Source: Selaginella moellendorffii (lineage: Eukaryota; Plantae; Lycopodiophyta). From it: a stretch of DNA of 64,000 nucleotides. The notes beneath the pieces were generated by a model. It was not told where the DNA came from and ran no database searches. It worked only from the letters and a program-made list of their open reading frames with translations. Positions 33,968 through 45,974 of this stretch are shown piece by piece. The stretch is taken from assembly GCF_000143415.4 (NCBI RefSeq), contig NW_003314269.1:2659060-2723059 (forward strand), given 5' to 3'. The position numbers and the translations under genes are program-made. How positions within the stretch are numbered: position 1 is the stretch's first letter; each line of letters opens with the position of its first letter.

Positions 33968-35056
33968 ATGGCAGATGTGGCGAGGGCGCTCCTCCGTGCA
34001 AAGATTCCGCCAGGTCTGTCATTGCTCCATCGCCGCCACTTCTTCCCAGCAGATCGCGGCGCTCCTCGACCGCCGCGGAAGAAGCTAGCCAGCCTCCAAA
34101 AATGCCGGGCAGGGTTTCAGCAACACAGCACCGATGGCGCGCCTCTATCGTCCGCCGCCGCAGCCACAGCCGCCGCAGCAGCAGTAGAGGCCGATTCTAG
34201 CCCCGTGCTCGCGGGATGGAAGCCGCCGCGCTACCTATGGCGCGCGCTCGCCACACTCGTCATCGGCGGCCAGGTGATCCTGCGCACTCTCCAGGGAAGA
34301 ATCCACGTCCGGAACACCGTCCAGCAGCTGGAGGCCGTCGGCCCGGGCTCCCTGGGCGTCAATCTCCTCACCGCCTCCTTCGTGGGGATGGTCTTCACGA
34401 TCCAGTTCGTCCGCGAGTTCGCCAAGCTCGGCCTCACGCGATCCGTGGGTGGCGTCCTCGCACTGGCGCTGGCGCGGGAGCTCTCCCCGGTGGTGACGGC
34501 GGTGATCCTCGCGGGCCGGGTGGGCAGCGCCTTCGCGGCGGAGCTTGGGACGATGCAAGTATCCGAGCAAACCGATACTCTGCGTGTTCTTGGGACTGAT
34601 CCGGTGGACTACCTCATCACTCCCAGGGTCTTGGCGTGCTGCCTAGCGATGCCGTTCCTCACGCTCATGTGTTTCTCGGTGGGGATGGCGGCGAGCGTGC
34701 TCCTGGCCGACTCGGTGTACCGGGTGAGCGCCAACATCATCCTCGACTCCGCCGCGAGAGCCTTGCAGCCGTGGGACATCGTGAGCACCATGATCAAGTC
34801 GTTCGTGTTTGGAGGGATCATTTCGATCGTGAGCTGCGCCTGGGGAGTGACGGTAAGTAAGCTTTGAGAGCTTTGATCGTTCTAAAGCGTGTTCTTGGCG
34901 TGTTCTTTGCAGACTCTGGGTGGCGCTAAAGGTGTTGGAGAGAGCACGACCTCCGCGGTGGTGATCTCGCTGGTTTGCATCTTCATCGCCGATTTCATCC
35001 TCTCGTGGTGCTTCTTCCAAGGCGCTGGGGACGCGCTGAAAGCCGCCATGGGATAG
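33968..35056 (+). CDS. TGD1: Trigalactosyldiacylglycerol 1 (MlaE-type ABC lipid permease, chloroplast), 2 exons
   Basis: WKPPRYLWRAL, ARELSPVVTA..GRVGSAFAAELGTMQVSEQTDTLRVLG, GGAKGVGESTTSAVV. Intron 34853-34912. Confidence 0.93.
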
Positions 35057-35135
35057 ATGGTATGATCTTTGGGATTTTGTTCTAGCTAGCTTCCTCTCAA
35101 TCGAGAAGACGTGGAAACTCTCTAGAACTGATGCC

Positions 35136-37127
35136 ATGCTTGGCCTCCTGGACGAGGACTGTGCCATGGCGCGCATCTCTGGCGTCTTGGACGAGATGGA
35201 GCGCGCCAAGAGCCAGGCGGCGCCGTCAACGTACGCGGCGGTGCTGCGGCGCTGCGCCGACGATCGCGCGCTCGAGCAGGGGCAGCGCATCCACGATCAC
35301 ATCCGCAAGTTCCACGGATTGAGCCAGGACCGGTTCCTGGCCAATTGCCTGGCCGATATGTATGGCAAATGCGGCCGCCCCGACGAGTCCAGGAAGATCT
35401 TCGACGCCATCGCGGACAAGAACGTCTTCTCCTGGACGATCCTCATCGCCGCCTTCTCCGAGAGCGTGGATCGCCGCTGGGAGGCCCTCCATCTCCTGCG
35501 CTTCATGGATCAGTCCGGCGTAGCGCCCAACGCCGCTACGTTCGTGAGCGTCCTCGTCGCGTGCTCGGAGCTGCGATGCCTCGACGCGGTAATTGCGCTT
35601 CACGCGAGAATCGCGTCGCTGGGGCTGGATCTGGAGATCGTCGTTGGAACTGCGCTAGTGAATGCATATGGGAAGTGTGGTAGCGTCGATCGAGCTAAAA
35701 ACGCCTTCGCAAAGATGCCGATCAAGAACAGCATTTGCTGGACCGCAGTCATCACTGCAAATGCCCAGAACGGGCATTTTGGTCCTGCGATGGAGCTGTA
35801 CGAGAGAATGGTGCTCGAGGGTCTCAAGCCCGACCGCGTCACCTTTGTGAGCGCGCTGGACGCGTGCGCGAGCTCGCCGCGATCGCCACCACCGCGGTAC
35901 CGCGCCGTGGTGGCGCAGAGGATCGCCAGCCTCGCCGCCGCCGTCGCAGCCAGTGGCCATGGATCCAGCCCCATCGTCGCCGCCGCGCTGCTCAACATGT
36001 ATGGCAAGCTGGGCGAGCTCGATCGCGCGCGCGAGATCTTCCATTCACTGCCCGAGAGGAATGCCGTGATGTGGAACGTGATGATCGCGGCGAGCAGCCA
36101 GGCGGGAGCGATCCACGAAGCGCTTGGCTTCTTCTGGGCAATGAATCTGGACGGCGCCGCCAGGCCCGACGGCTCTACCTTCACGAGCATCATTAGTGCC
36201 TGTGCCGCTGGCGGTGTGCCGCCGGATCTAGCCGTGCGAATCCATGCCGCGCTGCTATCCTCCGGCGTCACGCTAGACGACCCGCTGCTTACCGCGCTGC
36301 TCGGGCTTTACGCCAAGTGTGGCCGCACAGATGACGCGCGGCGCGTCTTTTCCGAGATCCGGGAGAAGGGCGTCGTGCCGTGGACGGCGCTCGTCTCGGC
36401 CCTGGCCGCGGACGGGCGATCCAGCGACGCTGTGGCGGCGCTCCGCCGGATGGAGCTCGAGGGCGTTCGTCCCAACGAGTATACATTCGTGGCGGCGATC
36501 GAGGCCGCGTCCCAGCTCGGGATCGCTCACGGGCGATCGCTCCACGCGCGGGCCACGTCCGCGGGGCTCGACTCGGATCCTTTCGTCGCCAACACGGTCA
36601 TGGCCATGTACGCGTCGTGCGGCAGCATTGCCGAGGCCCGCGCGGTATTCGACGGCATGGGCCACAGGAGGAACCTGGTGTCGTGGAACTGTATGATCGA
36701 GGCACTGGCGCGGCACGGACACAGTCTGGAATCGCTGGCGCTGTACAGCGAGATGGAGCTTGACGGCGTACCGCCTAGTGCTGCCACGTTCGTCAGCGTG
36801 CTGGCGGCATGCAGCCACGTCGGGGAGGTGGAGCTCGGCTACCACTACTTCGTGGCGTTCCGGCGCGACTATGGGATCCAAGCCGAGGCGGAGCACATTG
36901 GGTGCGTGGTGGATCTCCTGGGCCGCGCGGGATGGCTGGACAGCGCCGAGAGCTTCATCCAGAGCCTCCCAGCGGCGGACCTGTCCAGCTCCTGGGCGGT
37001 ACTGCTGGGCGCTTGCAAGACACACGGCGACGCGACGCGCGGCGCCCGCGTCGCGGGGTGGGCACTTGGGGTTGACGGCCAGGATGCCGCCTCGTATGTG
37101 ACGGTCTCAAACCTTCTTCGCCGGTAG
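35136..37127 (+). CDS. PLS-class PPR protein with E domain
   Basis: 663-aa intronless ORF with PLS repeats (MYGKCG..ARKIFD..KNVFSWT), then HIGCVVDLLGRAGWLDSAE..W.VLLGACKTHGD..ASYVTVSN. Confidence 0.92.
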   Translation: MLGLLDEDCAMARISGVLDEMERAKSQAAPSTYAAVLRRCADDRALEQGQRIHDHIRKFHGLSQDRFLANCLADMYGKCGRPDESRKIFDAIADKNVFSWTILIAAFSESVDRRWEALHLLRFMDQSGVAPNAATFVSVLVACSELRCLDAVIALHARIASLGLDLEIVVGTALVNAYGKCGSVDRAKNAFAKMPIKNSICWTAVITANAQNGHFGPAMELYERMVLEGLKPDRVTFVSALDACASSPRSPPPRYRAVVAQRIASLAAAVAASGHGSSPIVAAALLNMYGKLGELDRAREIFHSLPERNAVMWNVMIAASSQAGAIHEALGFFWAMNLDGAARPDGSTFTSIISACAAGGVPPDLAVRIHAALLSSGVTLDDPLLTALLGLYAKCGRTDDARRVFSEIREKGVVPWTALVSALAADGRSSDAVAALRRMELEGVRPNEYTFVAAIEAASQLGIAHGRSLHARATSAGLDSDPFVANTVMAMYASCGSIAEARAVFDGMGHRRNLVSWNCMIEALARHGHSLESLALYSEMELDGVPPSAATFVSVLAACSHVGEVELGYHYFVAFRRDYGIQAEAEHIGCVVDLLGRAGWLDSAESFIQSLPAADLSSSWAVLLGACKTHGDATRGARVAGWALGVDGQDAASYVTVSNLLRR

Positions 37128-37407
37128 CCGTTGATCGTTGACATTTGTTGACCAAGGGAATTTTGAAATGAGCGGTAGGGATTAACTTGGCCGCCATTGC
37201 CAAGTGTACATCTTCCCTGTTTAGAAAGATAGGCTCTGACCTCGGATCTTTCCGAGTATAGATTTCATGTCAATAATGCGCTGCTCGTCCACACTCCTCC
37301 TACGTATCTCTTCGTATCTTCTCCCAAACTAGGCCATTTTCGGTACATATCGATAAACATCTATCCTAGGGTTTCTAGCGATCGGTGATCGATCAATTCG
37401 TCACAGC

Positions 37408-39607
37408 ATGGAGAATGGCTACTCTTCCAAATCGCTTCCGCTGGACGCGCCAGCGGGCATCCGGATCCGCGGGCCTCTCTCGGAGCCCTCCCTCAACCGG
37501 ATCCTCAGCCGCGAGGCGCTCCAGTTCGTGGCGGATTTGGAGCGCGAGTTTCGCCCGCGCGTGAAATTCAACCTGGGATGCCGGCGGGAGGAGCAAGCGC
37601 GCTACGATAGCGGCGAGCTGCCAGGGTTCGATCCAGCCACGCGGGAGCTCCGCGAGGGCGATTGGAGCTGCTCCAAGACGCCGGCCGTGATCGCGGATCG
37701 CCGGGTGGAGATCACTGGCCCCGTGGAGCGCAAGATGATCATCAATGCCCTCAACTCGGGCGCCAAAGTTTTCATGGTGAGCAGCGAAGGATTTCGAGAG
37801 TTTCTTGAGTTTCTTGCGAAGATTTTGGATGTGGAATTTCTAGCTCTTGCAAGATTTTGGATCGAATTGTCTAGTGAGAATTTCTTGTTTCTTGGCAGGC
37901 CGATTTCGAGGATTCCCTCTCTCCAACCTGGGACAACATCGTGCGCGGCCAGAAGAATCTCTGCGACGCTGTGAATCGATCCATCTCCTTCGAGGACAAG
38001 GCCAGGAACAAGCACTACAAGCTCAATGACAAGACCGCGGTGCTCTTCGTCCGCCCCCGCGGCTGGCACCTCCAGGAAGCCCACATCGAGATCGATGGCG
38101 AGCCCGCCACTGGCGCGCTCATCGATTTCGGCCTCTACTACTTCCACAATCACTCCTCCTTCCGATCCAAGCACGACGGCTATGGCCCCTTCTTCTACCT
38201 CCCAAAGATGCAGCACTCGCGCGAGGCCGCGGTGTGGAACGCCGTGTTTGATCGAGCCGAGGAGAGGATGGCCGCGCCGCGGGGTAGCATCCGCGCGACG
38301 GTGCTGATCGAGACGCTGCCGGCGGTGTTTCAGATGCACGAGATCCTGTACGAGCTGCGCGAGCACTCGGCCGGATTGAATTGCGGGCGCTGGGACTACA
38401 TCTTTAGCTTCGTCAAGACGGTGCGCGCTCACCCCGATCGACTGCTGCCCGATCGCTTCCAGGTGGGGATGACCCAGCACTTCCTCAAGAGCTACACGGA
38501 GCTGCTCATCCAGACGTGCCATCGCCGCGGTGTCCACGCCATGGGAGGAATGGTAAGCCAAAATTTTCTCTTCTCCTACCATTCCTTCCAGAATTTCTTT
38601 CCCTCCATCGATCTCTCTTGCCTATTTCCTAGATTGTGGTGCTCATCGATCGTGATGCTCCGACATATCTGCCTGTTCATCACGTGATCGCGATCGATCT
38701 ACAGTCCACTTTCTTGCGTGATTCTCCGAAATATCTGCCTATTCTTCCCTGATTGATAACTCCGACCTGATCGCTATCGATCTACAGTCCACTTCCCCGA
38801 AACATCGATCGATCTTGCGTGATTCTCCGAAATATCTGCCTGTTCTTGCCTGATTGATCGTTCTTTCACTCGGATCCACTTCCCCGAAATATTTTCGCTT
38901 GCTGACCGATCTTTCACTTGCCTGCATCGATCGATCGCTTGTCCGATCCGACCGATCAGGCCGCGCAGATCCCCATCCGCGACGATCCCGCCGCCAACGA
39001 CACCGCCTTCGAGCTCGTCCGCGCGGACAAGCTCCGCGAGGTGAAGGCCGGGCACGATGGAACCTGGGCGGCGCATCCCGGACTGATCGAGCTGGTGACC
39101 AAGGTCTTCGACGACAACATGCCGCGCGCCAACCAGCTCCACATCAAGCGCGACGACGTGCGCGTCACGGAGGCCGACCTCCTCCAAATGCCGCGCGGCG
39201 TGAGAACCCTAGAGGGCCTGCGCCACAACACACGTGTCGGCATCCAGTACCTCGCCGCGTGGCTCACGGGGACTGGCTCCGTACCGCTCTACAACCTCAT
39301 GGAGGACGCGGCAACGGCGGAGATTAGCCGGGTCCAGAACTGGCAGTGGATCAAGTACGGCGCCGTGCTGGATGGCGAGATCGTAGCCGTCAGTGTGAGC
39401 AAGGAGCTGTTTGGGCGAGTCGTGGAGGAGGAGATGGGGAGGATCGAGAGAGAGGTGGGGAAGAAGAGGTTTGAGAGTGGGCGATATCGCGAGGCCGCGG
39501 CATTGTTTGCGAGGCAGTGCACCAAGGAGGATCTGGACGACTTCCTCACGCTGGATGCGTATCGACACATTGTCAAGTTTGTGCCAGCGCTCCAGGCGCG
39601 TTTGTAG
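37408..39607 (+). CDS. MLS: Malate synthase, glyoxysomal, 3 exons
   Basis: [68 protein letters not shown], and C-terminal PTS1 -ARL. Confidence 0.96.
38655..38900. repeat. Imperfect tandem repeats inside malate synthase intron 2
   Basis: Recurring CTCCGAAATATCTGCCT, CGATCTACAGTCCACTT and TCTTGCGTGATT blocks. Confidence 0.75.
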
Positions 39608-39783
39608 AGGGTGACCTTCGAAACTTTGGAATAAGAATAAGCCTCTCTTTCGTATCACTTTTGGAGAACTTGAAAACGTTGTCTCAGATTTTTTTACACT
39701 GGTGGCAGCAACTTTATGATTAATTGTTCTTCGTTTTTCCTGCAAAACTTGCTCTGAAGTACCTCGCAGAGATTTTGATCGGC

Positions 39784-41481
39784 TCAGTGGACCAGGCGCC
39801 TTGCCTTCTTCGAGTCGCCGGGATTGAAACTTACGCCTGGTGGAGGAGTGATTGCCTTTCTCGCCGGGGGTTTGGAGCTGGCGATTGTAGGCGGCGGCGC
39901 TGGAGTTCCCAAGTGAGACGTGTCCGGGATGTCGAGATATGCTTTGAATTTCTTGTTTCGCAGCACTGAAGGAACGAATGAGACGTGAGAGGCGTCAATA
40001 AGTAAAGCGAACAAGCTCTACTTACATGCACCCTGAAGCATCGACCACAGGTTGGACGTCACCCAGTAGCAAAAAAGAGCCTACATGTCAAGAAGCAGAA
40101 AGTAGTAAGAAAATATACCAGGAAAACTGTCGATTACCTTCGGAAACTGCGCAGTGAGAGGCAGAAACAAAACTCCCATTCCTCTCAATATGTTCTTCAT
40201 GGTCTTCTGATTCGGTTGTCCTTGCATTCCGTCGACAGCATTGAGCTACCACAGTCTGCCAGTAAGCGCAAAAACTAGACACACACTACTTCATACCTCC
40301 ACTGTTATCAGGAAAGTGGCAGTAGTAATGAAAGGCAGAATAAATAGTTCGTCCGGAGTTGTCAAGTCCGTGAACCAAAACGCACCACCCTCTTTGAAAG
40401 AATCCATTTTTTCTGCCATCGTGCGCAGCTGTTAAGATCCATCACCACCACAGTTGCTTGCAATTAACAAAGATTGGGACTACGCACCCCAAAAAAGAAG
40501 CACATGAAGATAGGTCCTTGAAGCAGCGCGCCGATAAGAGGAGTAAAAGGATCAGTTTTGTGTCTGTAAGAAAATGTAAGCCGCTGTGTCTCGAAAACAA
40601 GAAGACTAAAAAGACACACTTTGCAAAGAGCTCAGCCATTTTCCTCTTGTTCTCGGCCAAAGCGACAGGATCATAGTTCTGATACAAGCAACAAAAGTTG
40701 GAAACTTGGAGATAGATAATGTGTGCATACTTACAGCTTGTTCCATATCAACTTTGATCTTCTCGAGATCTGGTCTCAACAGCTAGGAGGAAAAACAAAG
40801 TCTCAAGACCACAGAAAACTCAAGAGAACTTACCGCAAACCTTGCCGTAGATTTCACTTGATAGATAACGAGTGGAAGAACCATAGTACGAACGGCGACC
40901 GTCGTGAGAGCTATGGACAACCACCTCACAAGGAAAAAAACCAAAGAAGAGAGAATCTTAGAGCTTGAAAACCAAAGGAACTCAAGAATTTCTTACCAAG
41001 GAAGACCTGTAACAACGTGAGTCGCGTATATAACGTACTGCACTGCCGCTGTCCAGGGGAAAGACTCGGACACCGCCAAAACGATCTCTTTGCTAAGATC
41101 GTAAGTGGCACCAGCGGCACCGGACACGATTTCCTGCGCGGCATCCGCCAGCGTCTCTGGAAATCGAATGCTCTCCGCCGCACTCTCACTCATCGAGCTA
41201 CAAAATCGAACGGAATGGCCGCCGCCAAGGCCAGCAGCAGGAACAGCCTTGCCCAGACTCCTGGAATTCCCAAACATCGCGATGCTCCTGGCATCCAGCG
41301 GGAAATGGCCCTGATCCCGCCGCGATGATTCATCCCTGTGCGCGGCGAAGTGATAATCCGCCTTCGCGAATTCGTGAAACCTGGACCAGGATCGTTGCCC
41401 GGAAGAATGTGATGTGTGGCAATCGGCGAAGAGACTGGAAGCTCCCCCTCCGAGCTTCCGGAGAGCTCGTCGCGCGGCCAT
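39784..41481 (-). CDS. OXA1: Mitochondrial inner membrane insertase OXA1 (YidC/Oxa1/Alb3), multi-exon
   Basis: Presequence, ..HVVTGLPW, and SFKEGGAFWFTDLTTPDELFILP. Confidence 0.85.
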
Positions 41482-41578
41482 TGCCACACCCTAACCCTAA
41501 GCTAAAACCCTGTCCGACGTGGCAGAAAAGCCCTGCTTTTAGGGTTCTTCGTCACGCTTCTCTCTCTCGTCGGCGGCG

Positions 41579-42995
41579 ATGGACGAGAGCTCCTACTGGT
41601 CGCGCGTCCAGCGGATTTTCAACATGATGGACATCCGCACGGCGTTCGTGACGAGCGCGCAGGTAGACGCTGCTCTCGATCTCCTCGAGCAGCACGAGCA
41701 TGGCGGCGAAATATCGGCGGAGAAGCTCGATAGGGCGCGCAAGATCAAGGAGGCCGTCATTCATCCCGACACCGGCGAGAAGATCTTCCTCCCGCTGCGC
41801 CTCTCGTTCATCATCCCTTGCAATCTCGTCCTCGACACCCTGATGCTGTCCGCGCGGGGATTCTCGCAGAACGTTGGGGCGCAGTGGCTCAATCAAACGT
41901 ACAACTGCCTCCACTACTACGCGAATAGGAACGCCTCGAATGCCGAGAGCATGGAGAAGATCTTCCAGGCGTACCTGGGCGCTACCGCCAGCTCTGTTGG
42001 CGCCGCCGTTGGCCTCAATGCGCTGCTCGATCGAGCTCCCCAGGGCAGACCATGGTGAGTCCTTCGTCCATCTTCTTTTCTATCTTTCCTTCCTTGAGGA
42101 TCGATCTTATAGATACTTTCGGCCTCAAAGCTCTTTCTGGATCGAGCTCCCTGGTACGCTGGTTTTCTTTTTTCTTTTCTTCTTCGTTCTTCTTTCCTCG
42201 CTTTGTTCATTGCTAGAACTGCGAGATTTTCATGCTTAGCAAGTCCTTTCCTCCGAGAAGCGTCATTCTTGTTGTCGGCTTCTTCTTTTTTGTCCGCATA
42301 GTTTATTGTTTGTCTTGAACTCTTGGTTTGTTTATGATCTTGTCACGAGTTACAAGGCTCAAAGAATCGTCAAGAGGTTTGCGAGTTCCAAAATCGTTCG
42401 TTCTAACTTTCCCTCTTTTCAGGACGCGGTTAGCTCGAAAGCTTATCCCCTTTTGTGCAGTGGCAGCGGCCGATGTGCTCAACCTGGGAATCACTCGCAG
42501 GGACGAGTTCCTCCAGGGGATCAAAGTCTACGATGAGAAGGGCGAGGAAGTCGGGGAGAGCCGACGAGCTGGAGCCATGGCAGTCAGTGCTTGCATACTC
42601 GCCCGTGTCAGTGCCGCTACTCCAGTTCTCCTCCTCCCACCTCTTGTGATGCACAGGTACTGTAACTTCTCCTTTTTAGCTTGGCTTGCTCGATGGATTC
42701 ATGGCTTCTGCTGCTGCTAGATCGTTGATCGCTTCGTGAGAAATTAGTTATCTTCCTCTCAAGATCGATCAAACTAAAGCTTTTTCACTGCAGATTGGAG
42801 AGAACGAGATTCTTTTTGCGGCACTCGTATCTCAAGACGCCGGCACTGATGGGTATGATCGCATTGTCGATCCAAGCGGGGGTTCCTCTCTCGTTTGGAA
42901 TTTTCAAGCAAAAAGCCTCGGTGGATGTGGCGAGCCTGGAGCCATCGCTCTGGAACTGCAGAGTCTCCGAAGTGTACTATAACAAAGGCCTCTGA
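41579..42995 (+). CDS. Sideroflexin (mitochondrial SFXN/Mtc carrier), 3 exons
   Basis: HPDTGEKIFLPLRLS, QWLNQTYN..YANRNAS, LIPFCAVAAA..N....R..E...GI.V.DE.G..VGESRRA, and C-terminal VYYNKGL. These are signature SFXN motifs. Confidence 0.9.
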
Positions 42996-43097
42996 TTTAA
43001 AACAAGAAGCATATTCTCGCCTGAGGTTTAGGGTTTAAGGGTTATTCTAGGGCTTTGGAGCTCGAGGAATGGGGGACTAGGGGCTCGCGGCGGGAGA

Positions 43098-45690
43098 ATG
43101 GCCCTGCCGGGACTCATCAGGCCGAAGCGCTCGTCACTAATCTTGTCGCTGCGCTCGTCCTACGCCGCATTGCTCTCTACATTGTCCGCCGCGGCTAAAG
43201 ATCAGGTTAGTGGCGCCTTATCTCATCGCTACACGCTGCTAAAGCGCCATTGTAGATAGTGCCGCTGATTGACGTGGAGAGAGATCCAGCGTTTGGGACT
43301 GTGAGACCTGTGGAAGCAGCGCCGCTGCCATTGCCAGTAGCTATCGATGGAGATGATGAAGACGCCACAGACGATGAAGGTTCGCATTTTAGATTTTTTT
43401 TTTTCTATTACTTGGATTCCTGGTGTCGAAAATGTGGTGTGGATTACTTCCTTAACTTTGTCTTCCATGTTCTTGGCAGAGAACTTGCTTTAAGTTTGTA
43501 GTTGTGTAGAAGGAGGAAAAAATGGTTGTCCTCACAAGTCTGCCTCTTTGTCTTGCCGCGGTCCTTGCAGGTGATTTCATGTCACTAGTGTAAAAACTTT
43601 CTGGTTTCCCAGTCGTTCTTCCTCGTATCTGCTCGAAGTTTTTGATTGAATTCTTTGTTTGTTACTTTTCTTTTGCAGACAGTGCTGCAAATCCCAAGTG
43701 GAAGAAGTTAACAGGCGCCGAGTGTGGCATTTATCATGGTAACATTCCCCAAAGTGCGTGGAGTGTTTTACAGCGGCTTAAGGACAGAGGTAGAAGTCGA
43801 GCGTTGGAAAGACTTACCTTCTGATGCATCAAAGTGTGAGCAGGCTATGGTGTCTACCTTGTTGGAGGCTGCGTAAGAGATTCTCTGCTAAAGCAGGCTC
43901 CAAAAGATTACGATATTATTACCACAGCCAATCTTGACGAGGTAAAGAATCGCACCTCGAAAGTATTCACGGCTGACTCGTTCTTGCAGGTCAAGAAAAG
44001 TTTTTCTCGTTCCATGATCGTCGGTAGACACTTTCCTGTATGCCATGTAACTTGTTTTGGCCACACGATTGAGGTAAAAGTCACTACCTGGCTTTTCTGT
44101 TTTTTTACTAGCATTCGTTTTGCGCTGCCATAGGTGTCGAGCTTTCACACTGTTTCTAGCGTAGGTAGGAGAAAACCCAGAAACATTATGAAGGACTTCT
44201 TTAGCAAGGAGGACTTGTTTCGATGTGAGAACACAATGAGCCGAGATTTTACCATAAACGGGTATGTGTTTACAACGTGTTTTTCAACAAAAAGAAATTA
44301 TTATATTATTTTACTTTTCCAGTTTTATGTATGACCCGTTCGAGCGGACTCTTTTCGATTACGTTGGAGGTCTTCCTGACCTGGAAAAAAAGAAGGTAGT
44401 CGGTCTAGCCTTTCTCAAAAAAGAAATTTCTCATCTTGTTTGCTTTAAAGGTCCGGACTATCATTCCTCCTGACGAATCGTTTGCTGAAGATCCTGGTAA
44501 ACCTCTACTATCGCTAATCCGTGGCTTCTGAGCTTCAATGTGTTTTTGCAGCTAGGCTGCTCCGCGGAGTGAGGATAGCAGCCCGACTTGGCTTTCGCTT
44601 TAGTCGGGATACATCACAAGCTGTCAAAGCGTTCAAGTCTTCTCTAATGGCTGTGAATCAGGTAGAAATTTTATGTTCTTGTTTTACAAAATGCCGAATA
44701 AAATGGAACTTTTCAGGCTAGACTCATGCAAGAACTCAATACAATGATGGCTTATGGTGCAGCAGCCGCTTCAATCCGACTACTTTGGAAGTATGACTAC
44801 CTTGATGTAATGCTCCCTGTGCAGGTAACCAATGTTTTTTCGTTGTTTCCGAGTACTGACTCTTTCCTGTCAGGCATCCTACTTTGCGCGCTGTAAGCTT
44901 AAAAGATCGAGCAAACCACGTAAAAATCTACTCACGGTACAAAAGTTGAATGTTTCATTTTTTGCGTCCTCTAAACTTTCAAAGCGCTATAGGATCTTCT
45001 CACGATTCTCGACAAGTTTTCCACACCAGACAAGCCCTGTCACACAACTCTGTGGTATGCTAGTTCTAACTAGAGCATAATTTTTGGTATTTTCTCGGTC
45101 ACAGGGTCGCGTTATTAGCCTTTCACCTTGCTCTGGACGAGAAAAGAAGCCACCTTGGAGCCACGGCTGCGCTGCTGGCCATACGCCATCAAAACATGAA
45201 CTACGCACTTAAGGATCTCGCCAGGTTCGAAGAGAAGCTGAGGCAAGGGGAGATGACCATCAACGAAGCTTACATGGAGCGATCCATCGGCGTGGATGAC
45301 AACAACACCATAGTCGCCGAGGCACTTCATATAATCGAGGACGCTGTCTCGGCCTTGCAGAAGATGCACGGCAATCCGGAGAACGAGCCATCAACTTACG
45401 GGGTAAGAGAGAAAGAAAAAATTTGATCAAGGCCTGCGCTTACTTACACTGCTTCTCCCTTTCAGACTCTCATTTCTCGCACAATGTACGCTAAAGTTCT
45501 CAAGCTCTTTCACGGAGCCAGGGATCGGGTTCGCGTGGAGAGCTTGTATGCCAAGCGCGCTACCTCGGATCACATGAGGAAGCGAGGTTTCGTGGAGGGC
45601 GTGGATGCCGAAGTTGTCCATGCTCTCTCGTGCATCTGCCTCAACACATTATACCTTCCCGCAAAAGGCAATGTGTTCCTCTTTAATTGA
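43098..45690 (+). CDS. Bacterial-type poly(A) polymerase / CCA-adding family nucleotidyltransferase (organellar), multi-exon
   Basis: VYLVGGCVRDSLLKQAPKDYDIIT, IVGRHFPVCHV, IEVSSF, RDFTING, EDPARLLRGVRIAARLGF. Confidence 0.88.
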
Positions 45691-45974
45691 CGTGTACAAT
45701 ATCTCTCTGTTTTTTTTGTAGAATTTTCTTTTCATGCGACAAATTTGCCGCTTTAGACGAACTTTTAATGCAAAGTTATCGCATTCCAACGCGACATGCT
45801 TGCGGCTATCGCTGACATGGATCTTAATTTTGGAAGAATTACACACTACATAGACAAAAGTATATCTCTCGCAAAGAATGATTTAAGCGTCTTTTGGCTA
45901 TTTTCACTTGAAAGCATTATTATTTTGTCTTTTGGAAAGTTTATTTGTCTTTATTTAGATGATTTGTAGTGGGA

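Noticed and set aside
43256-43379. Possible intronic snoRNA (TGATGA box) in the poly(A) polymerase gene
   Set aside because: The segment reads as an in-phase coding exon (IVPLIDVERD..DDE) with AG/GT borders.
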